Shown: positions 37,270 to 46,254 of the stretch, piece after piece
Layout: the number at the start of each line of letters is the position of its first letter
How positions within the stretch are numbered: the stretch's first letter is position 1
Virus record (IMG/VR): IMGVR_UViG_2840949845_000010
Coordinates: 10,825 to 74,824 of that record
DNA: 64,000 bases
From: a virus
Taxonomy: Duplodnaviria > Caudoviricetes
Reading direction: 5' to 3' (one strand)
The notes under the pieces: generated by a model
Seen by the model: only the letters and a program-made list of their open reading frames with translations
Told to the model about the DNA's origin: nothing
The model's database searches: none
Made by a program: the position numbers and the translations under genes

Positions 37270-37421
37270 AGCGCCCGGCGTTTATGAAGGCCCATTCTTG
37301 GAGTGGGCCGTCATAAGCCTCGAACGAACCCTGCGCCATGTTCTGGCGCGGGGCGTTTGGCGTGCCCACAACCCGGTCTCGTTCAAAATTTGGACGGGAC
37401 GCTGTAGGAGAGGTGTGTCCG

Positions 37422-37958
37422 ATGCGACCCCAAATCCAAAAGTTGGACCGGCACCCGATGTTCGGGTTCCTGGTCCAAGCGGCGAAAGACCGGGCCGGCG
37501 GGTGGATTGAGGACCGGGCCGCGTTCGACGCCCTGGTCCTGGCCGAGTATGCGGCCTTGCGCCAAATGCTCCCCGAGGCCAAAGCCCCGGATGGGCCGGA
37601 GCGTGACAGCCTGGACAGCCTGACCGCCGAGTGGTCCTCGCGCATGGCCCGTCCCGCCGCGTGGCGCCCCTCGCTGCCCGAGCGGGTCTTCCCGGATTTC
37701 CCCGACGCCCCGCCCATGCGGGACGAGGACATCCCTGATGACGGCCTGGGCGCGTTCCGGGACATGCTCGACTTTCCCGATCCGGTCGTGCCCCAGCGCG
37801 TGCATCACATACTGGCCGACACCGACCACCGCGTTCAAGTCGCGGCCCAGGCCCAGGCCGACAAGCGGGCCGCCCGCAAGCCGGGCAAGGCCAAGCAGGT
37901 GTTCGAGCCGCCCGTGCCCAAGGGCATGGGTCCGAAAAAGCGCTGGGCGCTGTCCTGA
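37422..37958 (+). CDS. Hypothetical protein
   Basis: AGGAGAGG RBS; palindromes flank the start. Confidence 0.7.
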   Translation: MRPQIQKLDRHPMFGFLVQAAKDRAGGWIEDRAAFDALVLAEYAALRQMLPEAKAPDGPERDSLDSLTAEWSSRMARPAAWRPSLPERVFPDFPDAPPMRDEDIPDDGLGAFRDMLDFPDPVVPQRVHHILADTDHRVQVAAQAQADKRAARKPGKAKQVFEPPVPKGMGPKKRWALS

Positions 37959-38113
37959 TACAGAGTTTCATCGTTTCCAGCGCCAGTACCGGCTGACCGC
38001 CGGATGCCGCTGACGCCCCGGCCCTGGCCCAGGGTGGATAGGAGAGCCGCGTCCTGATCTGGCCGCCGTCCAAAAGTTGGACAGCGGTCGGGATAGAGCG
38101 CTGCCGGGTCGGC

Positions 38114-38222
38114 GTCAGGGTCAGAGCCAGGGCGGGGGCGCACCCATCATTATGCTCAGTACGAGCACAACGATGGCCTCGCGGAAAATGAAATTCGGCG
38201 CCGCCCTGGTCCTGACCCTGAC
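38114..38222. repeat. 22-bp inverted repeat (20/22) enclosing a 65-nt loop in a non-coding gap
   Basis: GTCAGGGTCAGAGCCAGGGCGG at 38114 versus CCGCCCTGGTCCTGACCCTGAC at 38201. Confidence 0.7.
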
Positions 38223-38317
38223 CCCGGTTCTGGCCCCGATCCGAACCAAGCCGCCCCTGGTCGCAATCCACCTCAAAACCAGCCGCAGGTTGGTTCCCCA
38301 AAATCAGGGAGGGAACA

Positions 38318-38518
38318 GTGATCGCTCGCATTCCTGGCGGAAAAACCAAACTCGGCTTCGCGAAAGAGGCTCTTGATCTGCTCGAAGCCGGACAAATCCG
38401 ACGCTGGCAAGTCATCAACCGGCTGATCCACGTCGGTATTTCATCGGTCGAGGCGAACCTCATCGCCGACCGTGGAACTCTCCCCCACCACACCCTCAAA
38501 AGACTTCTGGAGGCATAA
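38318..38518 (+). CDS. Hypothetical protein
   Basis: GGGAGG RBS, GTG start. Confidence 0.65.
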   Translation: MIARIPGGKTKLGFAKEALDLLEAGQIRRWQVINRLIHVGISSVEANLIADRGTLPHHTLKRLLEA

Positions 38519-38519
38519 C

Positions 38520-38687
38520 ATGACCCGCAAAGACCGGACCTTCGAGGTTGTCTACAAGGGCGGAAAGCGCCGTCCAAAGCTGGAACTCGCCACCCTTGCC
38601 GCTCTGGCCCTGGCCGAGAACGGAACTCCCCAGCGACAGAAGCCGGTCGAAGGACAGGCCAAGGGTATTCGGTTTGTTCGGCGGTAA
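38520..38687 (+). CDS. Small basic hypothetical protein (55 aa)
   Basis: GGAGG RBS; starts MTRKDRTFEV. Confidence 0.6.
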   Translation: MTRKDRTFEVVYKGGKRRPKLELATLAALALAENGTPQRQKPVEGQAKGIRFVRR

Positions 38688-38949
38688 TTGCCAGGAGGTG
38701 GGGACGGGGCGACAAGCCCCGGCACCGCCTTCAACCGCCGCCGATGCCGCAGCCCAGCTTCAGAGACATTCTCAGACCCATAATTTCTCATCACATCAAA
38801 ATCTTAATCCCTTTCTCCTTGGATTAGATTTTCTCTCCTAAGAGCCTCTAGAGACTTCATTGTCAATAGGGCTGCATCTCTAATAATAATAATTTTGTAT
38901 ATAAGGGGAAATTCACGAAATCTGATCCAAGGAGAAAAACACTAATCCA

Positions 38950-39870
38950 TTGGAACTCTTAAAAATGGGTCGAAAATCTATCACTCTGTCCCAGATAAGC
39001 GACGAACTGACCGGTGATGCCCAGGCCATGGCCCGGCTCATGAATCGGCCGCTCATCGACTACCCAGACGAGTGTTGGCTGGACCCCGGCCGACGCAAGG
39101 TCACGGCTGACGGCCGGCAGCAAACCCTCCGTTACTGGCTCTACGAGACCCTGACCCAGGCCCCAGTTGGGGATGGCTACACGCTCCGACCGTTGGCGAC
39201 GTGCATCTCCCCTGACTGCGTGAACCCGAAGCATCAGGCCCGCGCACCGCGCCAAAGACCGGGCCGCAAACCCGGACAGGCTCCGCAACAACGCAGCCGC
39301 TCGGCCGTGGATGTGACTTGGCCCGACGCCCAAACCCTCCTCATGCTGCTGGTCCTCGACCCGCCAGCGTGGCAGGAGGAGTACCGCACCCGCTGCTGGG
39401 AGTGGACCGGGCCAGTGCAGCAGTTCGGCCAAAAGCGCCTGCCCAAGCTGAAAGGACAGGCTGCCCATCACGCCGTGTGGGAGCTGTTTAACCGCCGTCC
39501 ACTCCAGGGCCGGTTCAAGAAGGCTTGCCGCAATGACATGTGCGTGAACCCCACGCACCTTATCATCCCGGCCCATGCCCTAGCCCAGACCGACACCCCG
39601 GTCCAGCCCGTTCACGCACCGGTTGCCGTCAACCAACCGGTGCCCGAGGCCATCACGTTGGACGGAGAGACCCTGGGCGACCTCCGGGAAGACCTCCTCT
39701 ACATGCTGGGCTGTATCCACCAGCAGCCGGAGTTGCTACCGCGCTACACCAAGTGGCTGCTGAACCGACCGAACAACCGCTATCTGCATGACCTCATGCA
39801 AGAACTCGCCATTGAGGAGAAATGGGTTCGGACGATGCTGGAGCAAATTCAATGGACCTACCAATCGTAG
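38950..39870 (+). CDS. Protein with two degenerate HNH/His-Me finger domains
   Basis: CW...CISPDCVNPKH and CWEWTG...CRNDMCVNPTH. Confidence 0.75.
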   Translation: MELLKMGRKSITLSQISDELTGDAQAMARLMNRPLIDYPDECWLDPGRRKVTADGRQQTLRYWLYETLTQAPVGDGYTLRPLATCISPDCVNPKHQARAPRQRPGRKPGQAPQQRSRSAVDVTWPDAQTLLMLLVLDPPAWQEEYRTRCWEWTGPVQQFGQKRLPKLKGQAAHHAVWELFNRRPLQGRFKKACRNDMCVNPTHLIIPAHALAQTDTPVQPVHAPVAVNQPVPEAITLDGETLGDLREDLLYMLGCIHQQPELLPRYTKWLLNRPNNRYLHDLMQELAIEEKWVRTMLEQIQWTYQS

Positions 39871-40103
39871 TCGCGCCGGACGGTCAAGTCGGCGTCCCGG
39901 CCTATGTGGTCCGATCCCACATTCCAAAGGCCAAATCCTGGCCCACCCCCACGAACGAACGAACCTTCACCGACCCCGGTCACGGCCTTTGCCTACAGGC
40001 CGAGTATTTGGGGCGCATGTACAACCGCACGAAGACGCCGGAGATCAAGGCGCAGATCGGTGCCGTGCTCCATGCCCTGCTTCAGTTCCAGCGAGGTGAA
40101 TAG
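39852..40103 (+). CDS. Hypothetical protein
   Basis: GGAG RBS; overlaps the upstream stop. Confidence 0.6.
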   Translation: MDLPIVVAPDGQVGVPAYVVRSHIPKAKSWPTPTNERTFTDPGHGLCLQAEYLGRMYNRTKTPEIKAQIGAVLHALLQFQRGE

Positions 40104-40105
40104 AA

Positions 40106-40345
40106 ATGCCCAATTCACTCTCCACACACCAGAACTATGAGCTGATACAGGAACTCCGCAACCGGGGACTCTGTGTGGCCTATCTTGAAATTGATGACGT
40201 TTCAGACGATGCCCTCTTTAACGGTGAAGAAGACGCAAAAAATTTCGTTGAAACGAACAAGAGGGCCGTCGAAGCTTGCATGACAGAGGCCGGAATATCG
40301 GCTGTTCAATCTTATCTGTTTGAAGATCGCGGAGAAAAACAGTGA
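40106..40345 (+). CDS. Small acidic hypothetical protein
   Basis: GAGGTG RBS; lower GC than neighbours. Confidence 0.65.
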   Translation: MPNSLSTHQNYELIQELRNRGLCVAYLEIDDVSDDALFNGEEDAKNFVETNKRAVEACMTEAGISAVQSYLFEDRGEKQ

Positions 40346-40434
40346 GCGGTCAATCGACAGAACACGGCCCTTTGCGATTTCAGGCACCGAGTATTCTGGA
40401 CTTAGCCCCGCTCCCCTAACCTGATCCCCACAAA

Positions 40435-40468
40435 CGCCGTCCCTCCGGGCGGCGTTATCGTTTCGGCA
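40435..40468 (+). repeat. Hairpin-containing 34-bp direct repeat, copy 1
   Basis: CGCCGTCCCTCCGGGCGGCGTTATCGTTTCGGCA; 32/34 identical to copy 2. Confidence 0.85.
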
Positions 40469-40531
40469 AGGACAGGATCACCCCGACATCAACACCCAAC
40501 TCCCCATGCTTCAACTCCAGAGGAACGTCCG

Positions 40532-40771
40532 ATGAAGTATCACGTCCACTTTGAAGCAAGCGCCGCTGTCGGCGTCGCCTTCGAGGTCGAGGCTTCCTCT
40601 GCGGAAGAAGCGGAACGCATCGCAGCGGCCAAATTCGATCCTCAAAAGGTCGTCGATGACCTGCTGGAAATCAACGAACACACCTTGGCCGGATACGGTC
40701 AGAGCGTGAGCCACGTCGTCGTGTCGGTGGACGACAGTGGGTTCGAGGTCGTGGACGCTTATCAGAATTGA
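40532..40771 (+). CDS. Small acidic hypothetical protein
   Basis: GAGG RBS; VEASSAEEAERIA motif common in small phage proteins. Confidence 0.75.
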   Translation: MKYHVHFEASAAVGVAFEVEASSAEEAERIAAAKFDPQKVVDDLLEINEHTLAGYGQSVSHVVVSVDDSGFEVVDAYQN

Positions 40772-40869
40772 CGCCTGATTCTGGACCGCCCTCACAAGCG
40801 ACAGCCGCCGACAATCCAACGCAGTTCACGACCAAGTTACCAAAGCATTCCTAACCCAGTCCTGACAAG

Positions 40870-40903
40870 CGCCGCCCCTCCGGGCGGCGTTATCGTTTTG
40901 GCA
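40870..40903 (+). repeat. Hairpin-containing 34-bp direct repeat, copy 2
   Basis: CGCCGCCCCTCCGGGCGGCGTTATCGTTTTGGCA. Confidence 0.85.
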
Positions 40904-40922
40904 TGAACTGGAGCACCCCAAC

Positions 40923-41315
40923 ATGAACGCTCAGGTCTCTCGCCAGGAACTCACCGAGTTCCACGACGCCTGCAACCCCCCGAAGGAAATCACGGCCGCC
41001 ACCTTGGTCGAGGCTTACCACCGCGCGAAGGGCCAGATGACCATCGAGATGGTGGCCGACCGCCTCGACGCGGCCACCGCCCGGATCGGCCAGGGGCATT
41101 TCACCATCACCTTCTCCACCAACTCCAGCCCTTACAGCGCCCCGGTCTTCCTCTCGCATTGGTTCCGCGACGCGGGCGCCAAGTACGAGGAGTGCCACAC
41201 GGTGGGGCGGGGCAAGACCGTCGCCGAGGCTCTGGAGGCGCTGGACGATTATGTCGGCAGCTTCCACCGCACGAATTTCACCCCCGAGGAAGTCGCCGCA
41301 ACCACCGGCCTCTGA
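40923..41315 (+). CDS. Hypothetical protein
   Basis: GGAG RBS; GC3-rich codons. Confidence 0.75.
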   Translation: MNAQVSRQELTEFHDACNPPKEITAATLVEAYHRAKGQMTIEMVADRLDAATARIGQGHFTITFSTNSSPYSAPVFLSHWFRDAGAKYEECHTVGRGKTVAEALEALDDYVGSFHRTNFTPEEVAATTGL

Positions 41316-41336
41316 CCCAAACCAGGAGATCGCCCA

Positions 41337-41672
41337 GTGCAACGCCTCATCATCACCCCGTCCCACCGCCACCAGCAGGGTCCGGGCAAGAAGTCGCATC
41401 TGCGCATGCTGGAAAAGCTGCTGGCGCGCAACGCCGCGCTCTCCACCAAGACGAACCATTTCCAGTACATCCCCGGCCTGTCCCTGAAGGTGATGTCCAC
41501 CCCGCACCAGACGCAGGAGGAGCGCCGCGCCCGCAAGCTGGAGGCAAAGCTGCTGAAGGCGACCGGCGAGCGCGCCACCGCGCTGGCCGCCAAGGCGCAG
41601 AAGGCCCGCCTCGCCCTGGCCCTGAAGCTCCAGGCCGCCAACGCCAACAACGCGAAGAAGGCGGCGGCTTGA
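41337..41672 (+). CDS. Basic K/A/R-rich hypothetical protein
   Basis: AGGAG RBS, GTG start. Confidence 0.7.
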   Translation: MQRLIITPSHRHQQGPGKKSHLRMLEKLLARNAALSTKTNHFQYIPGLSLKVMSTPHQTQEERRARKLEAKLLKATGERATALAAKAQKARLALALKLQAANANNAKKAAA

Positions 41673-41673
41673 C

Positions 41674-41877
41674 ATGCGCAGCAACACTGACCGGGCGAAC
41701 GACGCGCTCAATGCCGTCCACACCTACGCCCGCAGCGTCCACCAGTTGGACGAGCCGGTCGAGGACAATCTGACCGACCTGCTGACCGATCTCCGGCATC
41801 TCGCCGTCCGCGAAGGCATCGACTTCGACCATGCGGTTTTCATGTCCGAGCTTCATTTCGAGGGGGAGGACATCTGA
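41674..41877 (+). CDS. Hypothetical protein
   Basis: LTDLLTDLRHLA...GIDF motif common in small phage proteins. Confidence 0.75.
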   Translation: MRSNTDRANDALNAVHTYARSVHQLDEPVEDNLTDLLTDLRHLAVREGIDFDHAVFMSELHFEGEDI

Positions 41878-42056
41878 TGCTCCACGGATACGCGACCCTC
41901 GCCATTCAGGACCGGACCACGGGCGAGACCCGTGAGGTGATCGTCCGGGCCAACACCGTGGTCGATGCCGAGCGCATCGCCAACGATTACGCCAACGACC
42001 GCAATTACCGGCGGGCCGACCAGCCGGCCGAGGTCAAGATCGTGAGGCGCTTCTGA
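41877..42056 (+). CDS. Hypothetical protein (59 aa, missing from the ORF track)
   Basis: TGATG-coupled at both ends; GGAGG RBS; starts MLHGYATLAIQDR. Confidence 0.7.
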   Translation: MLHGYATLAIQDRTTGETREVIVRANTVVDAERIANDYANDRNYRRADQPAEVKIVRRF

Positions 42057-42280
42057 TGGATGTGATCCGCAACATCTACCGCCGACCGATCCCCCAGGAA
42101 GGGGCGTCGAAGCTGGCCGAGATCACCGCCGTGCTGGTCTCGCCTGAACACAAACCGGGCGGCGCCTTCGCCGTCTACATCGGTATCGGCTCGCCCGAGT
42201 GGATCGTGGCTCACGGCATCAAGTGCCGTTTCCATGAGGCTCGTGTCTACTTCGAGGTCGAAGAAACCAACTACCGGTAA
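42056..42280 (+). CDS. Hypothetical protein
   Basis: TGATG-coupled start. Confidence 0.7.
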   Translation: MDVIRNIYRRPIPQEGASKLAEITAVLVSPEHKPGGAFAVYIGIGSPEWIVAHGIKCRFHEARVYFEVEETNYR

Positions 42281-42339
42281 TCGCGAACACCCGAGGCTGG
42301 GTGCCGAACCGCGCCCACAAACACAATTGGAGACTGAAC

Positions 42340-43344
42340 ATGCTTGAATTCCTCAAGCGTGATGGGTGGTCCCATGACTCCATCGAAACCCGTTCGGTGG
42401 ATGTCGAGGATTGGGACGATCTGCGTGGCGAAGAAGGCGAAGGCGTCCGGGTCGTCCTTCCGCCCATCACCATAGCCCTGCTCGACGAGTATGACGCGGC
42501 GCCAGACGAGTTCGACGCCGAAGACTGGTTGCGCGACAACCTCATCAGCCACACGACCACGGACCAGGACAGGCGGGCCGCCGACATCGCCAACACCTAC
42601 GCCCAGGACCCGGACGACTGGCTGTTCGAGAACTGGCGCACCCTGCTGACCGCCGAACAGATCACGGGAGTCGAGGCCGACATGGCCGAGGCCAAGGAGG
42701 AGCATGACACCGACGCCATCGAACAAGCGCGGGACAACTTCAAGGACAGCGACTCCTACTACGATTGGAAAGACGGCTTCGAGCCGGCCATGAATTTCTA
42801 TTGGCCGGTGAGCCTCGCCTACGAGCTGGACGAGGAAACGGCGGCCGAACGGATCGACAAGCACGCCGGCGCCACCTCTTTGGTCTGGATTGAGCGCGTT
42901 CAGTCCCACGCCATCGTCCTGACCGGCGGCGGCATGGACCTGAGTTGGGACATTTGCGCCGCCTACATCTGCTGCGGCTGTGTGCCGCCCGCTCGCCTAC
43001 TGCTGGGCCTGCCGCGCTTTGCGGGCGGCGGTTACGCCAAGTTCGGCGAATTGATCGTCAGCACCCTGATCCCGCTCTTGGTGAAGCACCGGGAGTGGCA
43101 GGCGGAACGTGCCCGTGACGAAGCCAAGCGGCTCGCCGAACACCTGGAGCTGCCAGCGCCAAACCTGACCAACCCGGTGGACGAATTGGCCGAAGCGCTG
43201 AAGCCGTTCGCCGAAAAGACGCTGTGGGAAGACATGTTGGTCGATCCCGACCCGGACGACCTCCGGCCGGACGAGGCCGTCGAAGAGTTCTTCATCAAAG
43301 TCGGCGACATCCGTCGGGCGCGGAAGGCAATCGCCCAGACCTGA
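42340..43344 (+). CDS. Highly acidic hypothetical protein
   Basis: GGAG RBS; D/E-rich N-terminal half; LTGGGMDLSWDICAAY core. Confidence 0.75.
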   Translation: MLEFLKRDGWSHDSIETRSVDVEDWDDLRGEEGEGVRVVLPPITIALLDEYDAAPDEFDAEDWLRDNLISHTTTDQDRRAADIANTYAQDPDDWLFENWRTLLTAEQITGVEADMAEAKEEHDTDAIEQARDNFKDSDSYYDWKDGFEPAMNFYWPVSLAYELDEETAAERIDKHAGATSLVWIERVQSHAIVLTGGGMDLSWDICAAYICCGCVPPARLLLGLPRFAGGGYAKFGELIVSTLIPLLVKHREWQAERARDEAKRLAEHLELPAPNLTNPVDELAEALKPFAEKTLWEDMLVDPDPDDLRPDEAVEEFFIKVGDIRRARKAIAQT

Positions 43345-43422
43345 CGCTCAATTAAGCGCGCCATCAATCGCTGCGGGAGCGGTGGAACCTGCACCTCTGT
43401 AATTCAAGGTGGAGATGACCTC

Positions 43423-43743
43423 GTGCCCCGTCCCCAACGCCCGACAGGTTCACCAGCCCCCACAAAAGGCCGAAAGCTCACCGGCCGAAAGCACCGGGAG
43501 CCAGACCTGGATGTCGCCCACTGGCAGCACTGGGTCAAATCCCAGCTCCAGGAACACGGCTACATGCAAGGCGAACTCGCCGGGCGACTGCGGCTTTCCA
43601 ATTCCGGCCTCACCCATCGCCTGAACCTGCGCGCCGAGTGGCACCCGCATGATCTTCGCGACCTCGCCGAGATGATCGGCCAGTCGATGGACGAGGTGAT
43701 GCGCCACTACCCCGACATTCGATACCTGAAATGGGAGGAATGA
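43423..43743 (+). CDS. XRE-type helix-turn-helix regulator
   Basis: GYMQGELAGRLRLSNSGLTHRL...LRDLAEMIG HTH pattern. Confidence 0.75.
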   Translation: MPRPQRPTGSPAPTKGRKLTGRKHREPDLDVAHWQHWVKSQLQEHGYMQGELAGRLRLSNSGLTHRLNLRAEWHPHDLRDLAEMIGQSMDEVMRHYPDIRYLKWEE

Positions 43744-43744
43744 C

Positions 43745-44159
43745 ATGTCCCGTTATGATTCGGTGCGGGAATACATCGCCGGCCAGATGCCGGACACCGT
43801 CAAGCGCCTGATCTCCCTGGCGACGTTGGATCTGAACGAAGGCCCGGTCTTCCTCGACGCCGAGGGCGAGCGTTGCGGCCCGTTCGATGACGGCGCCAAG
43901 CGGTTCGACTTCTCGACCGCCTGCCGTGAGATCGGCGCCTTCTTCGAGGACATCGGCTGCCTCTACGTCGATGAGGACGGCGGCCTGCACACCGCCGAAC
44001 CGGAGGCCACGGTCGAGGTGGAAGAGAACCCCGATCATGACCCCGACGATCCCGACAGCGAACCGGAGATCGAGGTCCGCTACGGCCCGACCCCTATTGG
44101 GAAATCCCCGCACCCAGATCGTCGGCTTGGTCGCCGGATCGCTCGCCCAACATCTTTGA
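43745..44159 (+). pseudogene. Acidic hypothetical protein, apparently frameshifted near the 3' end
   Basis: Plausible end DPYWEIP/RTQIVGLVAGSLAQHL* is split over other frames at two C-runs (~44086 and ~44106); the in-frame ORF runs on to 44188. Confidence 0.5.
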
Positions 44160-44174
44160 CCCGGAGTCCATCCC

Positions 44175-44921
44175 ATGCTGCGCATTGAGACCAACACCAT
44201 TCCGGTTCACGGCTTCCCGCCCGATGGGCTGGGCGCCTTCGTTGGCGTGATCCACGCGGACACCGGCCAATATGACGGCTTCGTCCACATCGTGGAGGAG
44301 CTGGATGACCGGCCCTACAATTTCATGCTGGTGACGTCCGCCAACGAACTGGACGCGCTGACCCTGACCATCCCCGAAATCATCGACCTGCTGAAGGCCG
44401 ACGATCCGGGCGAACACACCGGCAGCCCGCATGGGGAGGAGTTCAAGACCCTCGCCCTGAAGGCGTGCGAAGCGGGCGACGTGGACCTGGAAACCCACTA
44501 CCGCGCCGCCCTGGAAGCTGGCTTCAACTGGGACGCCATCGTCGCCGACGCCAAGGCCAACAGCGAGGAGGAAGAGGGCGCCCTGATTGGTCGCGGCTTC
44601 CTCGGTTCGGTCTTCGCCCTGACCCCGAGCGGTAAGGTTTACGCCGCCTGGACCACCAACCAGACCGAGGCGGACGTGATCCTGGACGAGGCGTGGCGCG
44701 ACGCGCTGGAGGCCATCGCCGAGGAAAAGGGCGGCTTCATCGACAGCGGCGAGGGATCGGGAAGCGACCTCTTCTTCGCCATCCAGCTCGACGCGCCGGA
44801 CGAGGACGACACCATCTATGATCGGGTCTGCGTCTCCTGCCACGAGGTGATCGGGCACGAGGGCGATGACTGCCCCCACTGCGGAGCCGAACAGGTCCTG
44901 GACGCGGACGACACGGCCTGA
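44175..44921 (+). CDS. Acidic hypothetical protein with a C-terminal Zn ribbon
   Basis: CVSC...CPHCG; LTPSGKVYAAW. Confidence 0.75.
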   Translation: MLRIETNTIPVHGFPPDGLGAFVGVIHADTGQYDGFVHIVEELDDRPYNFMLVTSANELDALTLTIPEIIDLLKADDPGEHTGSPHGEEFKTLALKACEAGDVDLETHYRAALEAGFNWDAIVADAKANSEEEEGALIGRGFLGSVFALTPSGKVYAAWTTNQTEADVILDEAWRDALEAIAEEKGGFIDSGEGSGSDLFFAIQLDAPDEDDTIYDRVCVSCHEVIGHEGDDCPHCGAEQVLDADDTA

Positions 44922-44929
44922 CCCTCGGC

Positions 44930-45454
44930 ATGTCCTTGTCTCGCCAAGAGATCAGCCGCCGCCTGTTCGACTTGATCGAACGCGACCCGATCCTCCCCGA
45001 CACTCCCCCCACCGAACCGGACGGCAACCTGTGGCCGACTGGAGATCCGATGTACCGCGCACCAACGATACGGCGTCTCCTGGCGCATTTTCCGCACCTG
45101 GATAAAGCCCAAGCCCAACAAATCCGCGACCTCCTTCATGGAACGCTGAAGCCGACGACGTTCGAGACGGTGAAGGCGTATGCCGCCCGCTGCTACAGCC
45201 CGCCGCCCGAGCATGACCTGATCCTGGAAGCCCTGAACGAGATCATCGAAGGGCACGGCACCGAACCCATCGGTGTGGAGGGGGTGAGGATCGACCGTTA
45301 CTTCGGCAACACCGCTGCGGTGTACGTCAACACGGGCGACACCTACTCGGCGACCATCGTTTACGACACCGAACAGGACCGCTTCGAGCTGTCCACCTGG
45401 GGCGACTACTACGAGCTTTTGTGCCGCAGACACCGGGTCCGGGACGCGGCGTGA
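44930..45454 (+). CDS. Hypothetical protein
   Basis: YVNTGDTYSATI...WGDY conserved-looking motif. Confidence 0.7.
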   Translation: MSLSRQEISRRLFDLIERDPILPDTPPTEPDGNLWPTGDPMYRAPTIRRLLAHFPHLDKAQAQQIRDLLHGTLKPTTFETVKAYAARCYSPPPEHDLILEALNEIIEGHGTEPIGVEGVRIDRYFGNTAAVYVNTGDTYSATIVYDTEQDRFELSTWGDYYELLCRRHRVRDAA

Positions 45455-45474
45455 TCCTGAAACACGGGGGAATC

Positions 45475-45813
45475 ATGAGCAACCAAACCATCGCGGCGTT
45501 GAACGATCAACTCCGCGCCCTCATTCCGCTCGTGCCGAAGACGCTCGGCGCCTGCACCGTCACCCAGGGCGTGCTTGCCCTGTCGGCGACCACCATCGCC
45601 CAGGTCTACACCAGGGTGCGGACCTTCTCCGAGTTCACGGAGGACAACGACCCTTACGGAGAGCACGACTTCGGTTCGTTCGAGATCGACGACCAGAAGT
45701 TCTTCTGGAAGATCGACTACTATGATCTGAACCTGGAGTTCGCCTCTGAAGATCCGAGCGACCCGGATAAGACGATCCGCGTCCTCACCATCATGCTGGC
45801 CGAGGAATATTGA
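45475..45813 (+). CDS. DUF3768 family protein
   Basis: NDPYGEHDFG...WKIDYYD...RVLTIMLAEEY signature. Confidence 0.9.
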   Translation: MSNQTIAALNDQLRALIPLVPKTLGACTVTQGVLALSATTIAQVYTRVRTFSEFTEDNDPYGEHDFGSFEIDDQKFFWKIDYYDLNLEFASEDPSDPDKTIRVLTIMLAEEY

Positions 45814-45846
45814 GACACCACAAAAATCAGCAGGGGAGAGAATCCC

Positions 45847-46050
45847 ATGCTTGACACCCTCGCCATTGCCACCGACCTTAAGATCTCTGGGTTCCACGAA
45901 GATCAGGAGGTAGGCATGGCCCGCACCCTGAACAAGCAGTCCGGCCAGGGCTGTTCGGTTCTCCGAATGAGTCGCTTAACGGTAGGTGCAGCAAGTTCAA
46001 ACGGGCTGTTTTGCTCTGAAAACGACTTTACCAAAGAGGGGGCTGTCTGA
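45847..46050 (+). pseudogene. DUF1640/CCDC90-like N-terminal remnant
   Basis: MLDTLAIATDLKISGFHEDQ resembles that family's start, then degenerates. Confidence 0.4.
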
Positions 46051-46254
46051 ATCTCTATGTCAACTCCCTTACCCCCTTGCACGCCCTGGCTTACGGGGCA
46101 GCATGGGCAGAGCTGAATCGCCCTGAGCCAGTAAGGGGGCTTGCCTCCCGATGGTCCATGACGGAGATGATTGTCATTGACTAGCCATTTTGCATTGGAA
46201 TCGCAGTTAAATACCAGTGCGCGCAAATGTTTCTCGGAATTAGGGGAGTCATGG

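Larger units (their letters stand above)
36576..38586. promoter_or_regulatory. Array of operator-like palindromes GTCCAA-N3-TTGGAC
   Basis: Copies at 36576, 36634, 37381, 37434, 38068 and a degenerate one at 38572. Confidence 0.7.

Noticed and set aside
40435-40903. CRISPR mini-array
   Set aside because: Only two repeats, about 400 bp apart with a gene between them; no cas genes
41737-41751. GTCCAC-CAG-TTGGAC as another operator copy
   Set aside because: Mid-gene, one mismatch and 3 kb from the cluster; may be chance
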